Source of the DNA: a bacterium
Lineage (GTDB): Bacteria; Bacillota; Clostridia; Christensenellales; Aristaeellaceae
Assembly: GCA_963624325.1 (NCBI GenBank)
Contig: CAVFPH010000051.1
Location: forward strand, 1-14,499
Length of the DNA: 14,499 bases
Direction of reading: 5' to 3'
The position numbers and the translations under genes were made by a program. The notes beneath the pieces were generated by a model. The model saw only the letters and a list, made by a program, of their open reading frames with translations, did not search any database and was not told the origin of the DNA. Shown here piece after piece: positions 6,629 through 13,057 of the stretch (position 1 is the stretch's first letter; each line of letters opens with the position of its first letter).

Positions 6629-6644
6629 CAAAAAAGGAGCTTTT

Positions 6645-6998
6645 ATGTCTTTACTCACCCTGAACAGCGCATCCCTGCCCGATCCCACCGCGCTGACGGT
6701 GGAAATCGGCGATGCGCTCTCCTCCGTCCGCCGCACGCTGTCGGGCACGGCGTGCGTCACCCGCGCGGGCATCAAGCGCCGCGTGCGCATCCGCTGGGCG
6801 GTGATGACGCCGCAAAACCTGACCGCCCTGCTGACCATCCTGTGCGGGGATGCCGTTGTCACCCTGGGCTACCCCGACCCCGTGACGGGCGATGGGCGGG
6901 AAATGCGCGCCTACTGCGAAAAGCGCAGCGTCGGGCTTTACCGCGGGGGCAGCGATCCTGTGTGGACAGCCGTTGAAATCACCTTGCAGGAGGCCTGA
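6645..6998 (+). CDS. Putative minimal distal tail protein (Dit-like)
   Basis: 117 aa. SD aaggag at 6634-6639. Lies immediately upstream of the large hub/fibre gene (stop 6996-6998, next ATG 7001). Call is by position only, and the protein is small for a Dit. Confidence 0.35.
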   Translation: MSLLTLNSASLPDPTALTVEIGDALSSVRRTLSGTACVTRAGIKRRVRIRWAVMTPQNLTALLTILCGDAVVTLGYPDPVTGDGREMRAYCEKRSVGLYRGGSDPVWTAVEITLQEA

Positions 6999-7000
6999 AC

Positions 7001-9895
7001 ATGAATTGCCAACAGGCTTTTTACGCGGAAAACCGCACGCTCAGCGCCTGCGGCACCATCACCCTGTGTACGGGCTACGAAATCCCCCTTACGGCTTCGG
7101 ATATCCTTGATTTTGAGGTCACAGGCGGCGTGCAGGGCGCCATGCTCTGCGGCAGCGCGCTCAGCGCCTATGGCAGGCTCACATTGGCTAATCCAAACGG
7201 CGCGTGGCTGCAGGGCGGCGAGCGCCTCGGCACGCGCACGCTGAGCGGCGCCGCGGTGAAAATCACCCTTTGCGCCGCGGCGGACGGGCAGGAATATCCT
7301 GTTCCCTGCGCGCGCTTTCTGGTGCGCGATATCCAAAGCGGCGAGGGCGAGGATACTATCACCCTCTCGGGCTATGACGAAATGCTCACCTGCCTGTCCG
7401 TGCCCTTTTCGGATGATATGACCTACCCCCAAACCCTGGGCGCGCTGGCGGAAAATATCATCCGAAAAACCGGCCTCCCCTGCGAAACCCTGCCTGCCTG
7501 CAATGCCGATGCCGTCTTGTCCGCCGCCCCCGACTGGGGCGAGGGCTGCACCCTGCGCCGCGCGCTCAGCATGGTTGCCGGCGCCATGGGCTGCTTTGCC
7601 TATGTTGCCCCGCAGGGCAGCCTTTGCCTGAAACCCGTGTGGCAGGCACCCGAGCGCACCCTGACGGCGGGCAGCTGCTTTTCCCTGTCCCTCTCCTGCG
7701 CGGATTTTGTCCTGAACCGCCTGCGCGTCACCGATGCCGCGGGGAATGTCTTGGCCGATGCCGCCTTTGATGCCGCCCTTCCCGCCGCCGCCGACAACAC
7801 GCTGGAAATCAGCGGCAGCGCGGTCTTTGCCGTCGGGGATGCCGATGCCATGGCGCAGAACATCCTAAAATCGCTTCACGGCATGACGCTGACGCCCTTT
7901 GAGGGCGAACTGCCCGCCGATCCCACCCTGCGGACGGGGGACTGCGTGGAATGGACAGATCTTCGCGGCCGCGCGCACCTTTCCTGCATCCTGCAGTGCA
8001 CATTGACGATGGGGCAGGAGGGCACGGCGCGCATCACCTGCGATCCCGATGCCTCGGGCGTCAGCCTGCCCCAGGCGCTCTCGGGCAGCGGGCTTTTGGG
8101 CGGCGGGCTGCTTGGGGATGGGGTCATCACCGCCCGCAATCTGGCCGTCGGCGCGGTGGATGCCGAGCACATCGCCGCCCGCAGCATCACGGCGGATAAA
8201 ATCGCCCCCGGCACCATCACCGCCGAAAGCGGGGTCATCGGCAGCCTGTCGGCCGATCTCATCACCGCCGGCAAGCTGGATACCGATCGGCTGATTGTGG
8301 GCGGCACCGAGTTTTCCATCGTCCGCGCCCTGAACCAAATGCCCAAGGAGGCCGCCGGGCAGGATAACCGCCTGAGCGGGGAGGTGCTGGCAGGCGGCAC
8401 GGTCTCCCCCGATAAGGTAACGGCGGATTTCGGCACGGGCATTGAAATATCGGATAACGCCGCCCTCCTTTTGCTTGCGGGCAAGCTGGACGGCACCAAC
8501 AGCCATATGGAGCTTACGCAGGATGCCATCAACATGGTGGGCGGGGATATCAACATTGCCACCGACAGATTGCAAATCCGCGGCGTCACCGACGGCGAGG
8601 AGCGCATGAGCCTGGACGGCGAGGGTCTAAGCGCCCTGCGCGTGGTGGTCAGGGAGCGCTTTTCCGCCCCCAACGCAATGCTGAAATGCCTGACGGATAC
8701 CGCCCCGTGGCAGGGCGGCGTGCAGGCCAGCCTGGATGCCCTGCCCAAATACCTGACACGCAAAACCACCCTGCGCATCCCCGCGGGCAGCTATGCCGAA
8801 AACGTCACGGTATCGGGCTTCTGCGGGGAAGAAATAATCCTCCTGTTTGAAAGCGGCGCGTATTTGAATGGCGCCGTCACCGTGCAGAACTGCGGCAGCG
8901 TCACCCTGACAGCCGTAAATTTGGGGGATGGCTGTATCTATTCCGCGGACGCGCAAATCCCCCTGTCCGCCGTATGCGTACAGCAGCTGACCGTCAGCCG
9001 CCTGTACCTTTCGGGTGACCGCGCGCGCACGCAAAGCGGCGGCGGCAGCGCGTACTGCCTGCAGGCGCAGGGCTGCAATACGGATGTATCGGGCTGCGGC
9101 CTGGAGTATGCGGACACGGCCTGCCTGCACGTGCTGGGCGGCACCGCCTGCCTGCGGGACTGCCTTGGCGGCTGCACGGGCAGCAACCCCGCCACCAACG
9201 CCAACCTCGGCACGGCGGCGCTGGGCGCGCGCGGGGCGCACATTGCAGTCTCGGGCACCGTCCCCATGACTTTGGGCGGCACCTGCGGGGAGGATTCGCA
9301 GGCATCCTATTGCACGGGCGCGCTGGGCACGCAGACGGCGGGCGGCATGCGCCTTCCCGGCGGCACCCCCATCACCCGCACCTTTGCGCCCTCCTTCCAC
9401 TGCAGCTATTCGGGCACCAGCCGCAAGGCCTACCCCGAAAACAACCTCATCTGGCAGGGCGTGTACAAAGCCTACCGCCGCGGGTACAACGATTTCAACA
9501 CCGGCACCCTGTGGTTTGAGGAGGCCGCGCAGGCGCTGCAGGGCAAAACGGTGCGGCAGGCTACCTTGACCATCCGCCGCGCCAACGGCGGCTCGTCTGA
9601 TGCGCGCAATGTGTATCTGGGCACGGTCAAGCTGCTGCAAAGCGACTGGCAGACCACCTATCGTCCGGAGTTCATCGCCCCCGAAACCCTGCCCGCCTAC
9701 CCCGCGGGAACGCTCAAACGCGAAACCGAGGGCACGTTTGACGTAACCGGCCTGATGGCGGGCGTGCAGCAGGGCTATGGCATCGGCGTGTATGAGCCCT
9801 GCGCCGCCTACAGCGGCAGCAGCTCGGCGCACTATACGCAGTTTTACGCGCTGGGAAGCGACTACGTGCCCATTCTCACGGTCACGTATGAATAA
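7001..9895 (+). CDS. Tail hub / tail-associated fibre protein (Tal-like N-terminus, fibre repeats, beta-helix-like region, C-terminal putative receptor-binding domain)
   Basis: 964 aa. The N-terminal ~350 aa resembles siphovirus prophage-tail (Tal / Gp37-like) hubs. Residues ~370-430 carry I.A..I repeats (ITARNLAVGAVDAEHIAARSITADKIAPGTITAESGVIGSLSADLITAGKLDTDRLIVGG) typical of phage fibres. Residues ~600-760 are Gly/Cys-rich and beta-helix-like. Confidence 0.75.
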   Translation: MNCQQAFYAENRTLSACGTITLCTGYEIPLTASDILDFEVTGGVQGAMLCGSALSAYGRLTLANPNGAWLQGGERLGTRTLSGAAVKITLCAAADGQEYPVPCARFLVRDIQSGEGEDTITLSGYDEMLTCLSVPFSDDMTYPQTLGALAENIIRKTGLPCETLPACNADAVLSAAPDWGEGCTLRRALSMVAGAMGCFAYVAPQGSLCLKPVWQAPERTLTAGSCFSLSLSCADFVLNRLRVTDAAGNVLADAAFDAALPAAADNTLEISGSAVFAVGDADAMAQNILKSLHGMTLTPFEGELPADPTLRTGDCVEWTDLRGRAHLSCILQCTLTMGQEGTARITCDPDASGVSLPQALSGSGLLGGGLLGDGVITARNLAVGAVDAEHIAARSITADKIAPGTITAESGVIGSLSADLITAGKLDTDRLIVGGTEFSIVRALNQMPKEAAGQDNRLSGEVLAGGTVSPDKVTADFGTGIEISDNAALLLLAGKLDGTNSHMELTQDAINMVGGDINIATDRLQIRGVTDGEERMSLDGEGLSALRVVVRERFSAPNAMLKCLTDTAPWQGGVQASLDALPKYLTRKTTLRIPAGSYAENVTVSGFCGEEIILLFESGAYLNGAVTVQNCGSVTLTAVNLGDGCIYSADAQIPLSAVCVQQLTVSRLYLSGDRARTQSGGGSAYCLQAQGCNTDVSGCGLEYADTACLHVLGGTACLRDCLGGCTGSNPATNANLGTAALGARGAHIAVSGTVPMTLGGTCGEDSQASYCTGALGTQTAGGMRLPGGTPITRTFAPSFHCSYSGTSRKAYPENNLIWQGVYKAYRRGYNDFNTGTLWFEEAAQALQGKTVRQATLTIRRANGGSSDARNVYLGTVKLLQSDWQTTYRPEFIAPETLPAYPAGTLKRETEGTFDVTGLMAGVQQGYGIGVYEPCAAYSGSSSAHYTQFYALGSDYVPILTVTYE

Positions 9896-9896
9896 G

Positions 9897-9925
9897 CCGA
9901 TGAAAGCCATTCGGCTTTCATCAGG
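9897..9925 (+). terminator. Possible weak intrinsic terminator after the fibre gene
   Basis: 10-bp stem gatgaaagcc (9899-9908) / ggctttcatc (9913-9922), loop attc, 4 nt after the TAA at 9893-9895. The downstream U-tract is poor (aggcttacccctgctttt). Confidence 0.3.
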
Positions 9926-9930
9926 CTTAC

Positions 9931-9997
9931 CCCTGCTTTTACAGATGGTTCTTTGGTCCTTTCTTATCGCAGGAAAGGACCGTTCTCCCCGTTTCTC
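9931..9997 (+). repeat. H6 leader cassette copy upstream of the holin gene
   Basis: ccctgcttttac, then agatggttctttg, then stem ggtcctttctt (9955-9965) / aggaaaggacc (9971-9981) with one G.U on the + strand, loop atcgc, then gttctccccgtttctc. Confidence 0.85.
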
Positions 9998-10011
9998 AGA
10001 AAGGAAATCGT

Positions 10012-10425
10012 ATGCAAAAATACATAAAGCCCCTGATCGGGGCAATCGGAACAATCGGCACCTACCTTGTGTATCTGCTCGGCGGCTGGGATGCCGCGCT
10101 GACGGTCATGTTTCTGCTGATGGGCTTTGACTGCCTGACAGGGCTGCTGACGGCCTTTGCGGGCAAGAGCGACAAGACGCAGGGGGGCGGCTTTCGCTCC
10201 TCGGCGGCGTTTGCGGGCATCAGCAAAAAGATGATGATGGTGGTCATCGTGATGCTCGCCACGGCGCTTGACCGCCTGACGGGGGACAGCGGCGTGTGCC
10301 GCAGTGCCGCCATCGGCTTCTATGCCGCCAATGAAGGCTTGTCCATCCTGGAAAACGCCGCCGCGCTGGGCGTGCCTTTTCCCAAAGCAATCACGGAGGC
10401 GCTGGAAGCGCTCCGTGACCGATAA
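10012..10425 (+). CDS. Holin, phage holin family 4 (TcdE-like)
   Basis: 137 aa. Three hydrophobic segments. MGFDCLTGLL.AF, S....GI.KK....V.V.LA...D and ..FY.ANEGLSILENAA.LGVP.P match the pattern recalled for the toxin-secretion/phage-lysis holin family. The last ~11 codons and the stop fall inside hairpin repeats. Confidence 0.8.
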   Translation: MQKYIKPLIGAIGTIGTYLVYLLGGWDAALTVMFLLMGFDCLTGLLTAFAGKSDKTQGGGFRSSAAFAGISKKMMMVVIVMLATALDRLTGDSGVCRSAAIGFYAANEGLSILENAAALGVPFPKAITEALEALRDR

Positions 10426-10501
10426 AAGTTTTCAACTTTTATCGGGTAGCCGCTGAAAATCTGCAAAAAAAACCGTTAAAAGTCGTCAGACTTTTAACGG
10501 C
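10391..10501 (-). repeat. Compressed composite repeat bridging the holin 3' end and the recF 3' end: H5-like, H2-like, half-H3, A-run, H1
   Basis: H5-like tcacggag(g)cgc (10391-10402) / gcgctccgtga (10408-10418) with a bulged G. H2-like ccgataaaagtt (10419-10430) / aacttttatcgg (10435-10446). gctgaaaatctgc matches an H3 3' arm. H1 ccgttaaaagtc (10473-10484) / gacttttaacgg (10489-10500). Confidence 0.8.
10463..10501 (-). terminator. Intrinsic terminator of recF (H1 hairpin plus a run of 8 T on the - strand)
   Basis: The - strand reads ccgttaaaagtctgacgacttttaacggttttttttgcag. It is a 12-bp stem followed by a run of 8 T. The recF TAA stop (10494-10496) sits in the 5' arm. Confidence 0.7.
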
Positions 10502-11597
10502 CCTGCGTTATTTCTCCGTTGTGTACCTTCAGCACCGCCTGGGGCTTTGCGCCCGTCAGGTCGGACAGGTCTGTGCAGGTCAGCAGCGTCTGCACGCCGC
10601 GGATGCGCTCCAGCAGGCGCGCGCGGCGGCCAAGGTCCAGTTCGCTTAGCACATCGTCCAGCAGCAGCAGGGGCCCTTCCCCCTGCCGCGCGGTCAGCAT
10701 GTCCAGTTCGGCCAGTCGCAGGGCAAGCACGGCAGTGCGCATCTGTCCCTGGCTGGCAAAGGCGCGCATTTCCTGCCCGCACAGGGTCAAAACCAGGTCA
10801 TCCCGATGCGGCCCCACGGTGCTGGTCATGCGGCGAAGATCCTCCTCGCGGCTTGCGTGCAGCAGGCGCAGAAAATCCTCCCGCGGCTGACTGCTTTCGC
10901 ACAGGCAGCCGCTGTAGCGCAGGGAGAAGCCCTCCTCCGCCCGCCCGCTGATGCAGGCATAGTGCCCGGCGGCCAGGCTGTTCAAATTCTGCGCGGCGTA
11001 CTGCCGCGCGCGCACCACCGGCACGGCGGCGGATGCCAGCTGCTCATCCCAGGCATCCAGCTGGGCAAGGTTCCCGCCGCGGGACAGGTCACGCAGCAGG
11101 GCGTTTCGCTGCTTCAGGGCGGCATTGTAGGTTTGCAGGGCGTAGTAATACCCCGCCCCGCACTGGGAAAGCAGCATGTCGGTAAAGCGCCGCCTGCCCT
11201 GGGGCGCGCCGCGCACAATGTCCAGATCCTCGGGGGAGAACATCACGCACGTCACATGCCCCATCAGCTCCCCCGTGCGCGCGGCGGTCTTGCCGTTGAT
11301 GTATATCAGCTTGCGCTTTTTCTGCATGGGGGCGTACAGGCGCACGCCCACCTCGTCCACCCCGTCCCCGCGCTGCACGCGCACCTGCACGGCGGCGGTT
11401 TCCTGATCCGCGCGGATCATCTCCCGATCATTGGCCGTGCGGTGGCTGCGCCCCAGGCAGCACAAATGCACCGCTTCCAGCAGGTTGGTTTTGCCGGCGC
11501 CGTTTTCGCCCACAAACACCGTAACCCCCTCGGGCGGCGACAGCAGCACCTGATGATAGCTGCGGAAATCGTGCAGGCGCAGGGTTTTCAGCTGCAT
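10494..11597 (-). CDS. recF: DNA replication and repair protein RecF
   Basis: 367 aa. MQLKTLRLHDFRSY, Walker A GENGAGKTNLLEA, SGR...F.L.Y, and LLLDDVLSELD signature / Walker B. Full length. Confidence 0.95.
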   Translation of the reverse strand: MQLKTLRLHDFRSYHQVLLSPPEGVTVFVGENGAGKTNLLEAVHLCCLGRSHRTANDREMIRADQETAAVQVRVQRGDGVDEVGVRLYAPMQKKRKLIYINGKTAARTGELMGHVTCVMFSPEDLDIVRGAPQGRRRFTDMLLSQCGAGYYYALQTYNAALKQRNALLRDLSRGGNLAQLDAWDEQLASAAVPVVRARQYAAQNLNSLAAGHYACISGRAEEGFSLRYSGCLCESSQPREDFLRLLHASREEDLRRMTSTVGPHRDDLVLTLCGQEMRAFASQGQMRTAVLALRLAELDMLTARQGEGPLLLLDDVLSELDLGRRARLLERIRGVQTLLTCTDLSDLTGAKPQAVLKVHNGEITQGR

Positions 11598-12055
11598 TAC
11601 TTGTGATACCTTTCGTTTGCGTTGATTTTGTGGGCGCGGTAGATCTGCTCCAGCAGCATCACCCGCGCCAATTGATGCGGAAACGTCATGGGGGACATTG
11701 ATATCCGGCAGTCCGCGCGGGCAATCACCGCGCTGTCCAGCCCCAGCGATCCGCCGATGACAAACACCACCCGCGCCCCGCGCATGGCGCGCTCCCGAAA
11801 AAAGGCGGCAAGGGAGGGGCTGTCCGTCATTTTGCCGTCAATGCACAGCGCCGCCACGTAGTCATCCGCCCGAATGTGGGCAAGCATGGCCGCGCCTTCC
11901 TTTTTCATGGCCTGCGCGCCCTCGCTTTCGGGCTGATCGGGCACCTCAATGATTTCCAGCTTGGCGTAGCGGCTCATGCGCTTCTGATACTCGGCGGCGG
12001 CATCCCGCCAATAGCTTTCGCGCAGGCGTCCCGCGCACACAATGGCTATCGGCAT
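11597..12055 (-). CDS. rlmH: 23S rRNA (pseudouridine1915-N3)-methyltransferase RlmH (SPOUT family)
   Basis: 152 aa from the internal ATG at 12055 (MPIAIVCAGRL...). The listed longer ORF is an Arg/Gly-rich extension. IGGS.G, MTFPHQLARVMLLEQIYRA and the C-terminal YHK are typical of RlmH. The stop overlaps the recF start (TAATG). Confidence 0.9.
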   Translation of the reverse strand: MPIAIVCAGRLRESYWRDAAAEYQKRMSRYAKLEIIEVPDQPESEGAQAMKKEGAAMLAHIRADDYVAALCIDGKMTDSPSLAAFFRERAMRGARVVFVIGGSLGLDSAVIARADCRISMSPMTFPHQLARVMLLEQIYRAHKINANERYHK

Positions 12056-12693
12056 AGGATGATCCGCGCCGCCTCCCGCAGGTTCTCGCACACCGCGTCG
12101 CAGAAGGGCGCAAGCTCGGGGGTGTAGGGCTGCATATCGGGCACCATCACGGTGAACGCCCCCGCCGCGCGTCCCGCGCGCAGGCCTTTGGGGGAGTCTT
12201 CCAGCACCGCGCACTGATTGATGGGCACGTTCAAAAGCTCGGCCGCCCGCAGGAACATGTCGGGCGCGGGCTTGCTGGGCAGGCCGATATCGCAGGGCAC
12301 CAGCGCCTCAAAATAATCGCTGATGCCGGCGCTGGCCAGGTTGCGTACCACCTCGCTGGTCGGGCTGCCCGATGCCACCGCCATGCGCAGTCCCGCCTGA
12401 CGGAAAGCCTCCACCGTCTCCTTCAGGTAGGGCTTTTCGGGCGCGCCGTGCGCCGCCACATAGCGGTTGCCCGCCGCGCGGTAGGCAGGCCAAAAGTCCT
12501 CGGGACGGTAGGCGGGAATCAGGGGCGAAAGGTATTCGTCCACCGCCTTTTCGCTGGTGCCCAGGGTGTGCAGGATCATCTCCTCCGTAAGTTCATACCC
12601 CAGGGAGTGCGCCACCTCGCCTGCCAGCTTGCCGAACAGCCGCTCGGTGTCAAACATCAGTCCGTCCATGTCAAAGAGTACCGCGGTAATCAT
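12046..12693 (-). CDS. HAD-superfamily hydrolase, subfamily IA (phosphatase / beta-phosphoglucomutase-like)
   Basis: 215 aa from the ATG at 12693 with SD aggagg (12701-12706, - strand). MITAVLFDMDGLMFDTE gives the DxDG motif I. ASGS fits motif II. VLEDSPKGLRAGRAAG fits motif IV. Overlaps the rlmH start by 10 nt. Confidence 0.85.
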   Translation of the reverse strand: MITAVLFDMDGLMFDTERLFGKLAGEVAHSLGYELTEEMILHTLGTSEKAVDEYLSPLIPAYRPEDFWPAYRAAGNRYVAAHGAPEKPYLKETVEAFRQAGLRMAVASGSPTSEVVRNLASAGISDYFEALVPCDIGLPSKPAPDMFLRAAELLNVPINQCAVLEDSPKGLRAGRAAGAFTVMVPDMQPYTPELAPFCDAVCENLREAARIILCR

Positions 12694-12722
12694 ATAAAAC
12701 CTCCTATCGGTTGCAGTAACAA

Positions 12723-13057
12723 AGGAAAATCCGCCATAACCCGTTGAAAATCGCAGATTTTCAACGGAATAACGGCTCGTCCGACGAGCATAGCCTTTTG
12801 GTACGCCCCTTCCAAGCAAGACAGCAGAAGTAACTTGGCGGGTGGTCAAGGCGGGCGCGAGCGCCGCCTTGTTAATTCGTATCGCGGGGCTTTGCCGCGC
12901 GGGCGGGGAAAATTCGCGAAGGAGGTTCCCTCCGAGAGCGAATTTTCATTCCTCTCAGATTTTCCGGCCGTGCGCTTTGCGCACAGGAAAATCTGCAATA
13001 ACCCGTTGAAAATCGCAGATTTTCAACGGAATAACGGCTCGTCCGATGAGCATAGCC
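12723..13057 (-). repeat. Composite hairpin repeat in a housekeeping intergenic region, arranged as a 262-bp-period partial tandem duplication
   Basis: 12736-12795 equals 13000-ish copy 12998-13057 (60 nt, one mismatch, 12785 c versus 13047 t). Similarity extends back to 12723 / 12985. Between them are H5 (12848-12870), H4 (12908-12947) and H3 (12956-12995). H2 occurs at 12741-12767 and 13003-13029. Confidence 0.9.

Noticed and set aside
6087-6663. ORFs inside the repeat gaps: 6087..6446 -, 6153..6476 +, 6373..6663 +, 4222..4455 -, the 5' part of 4241..4756, 12835..13095 +, 12872..13063 -
   Set aside because: They consist entirely of hairpin repeat sequence. Their frames are not conserved between repeat copies, and indels between copies break them. 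No ribosome-binding sites are present.
7001-9895. Diversity-generating retroelement targeting the fibre C-terminus
   Set aside because: There is no reverse transcriptase ORF in the window. I could not see a ~100-nt template/variable repeat pair with adenine-specific mismatches near the 3' end of the fibre gene.
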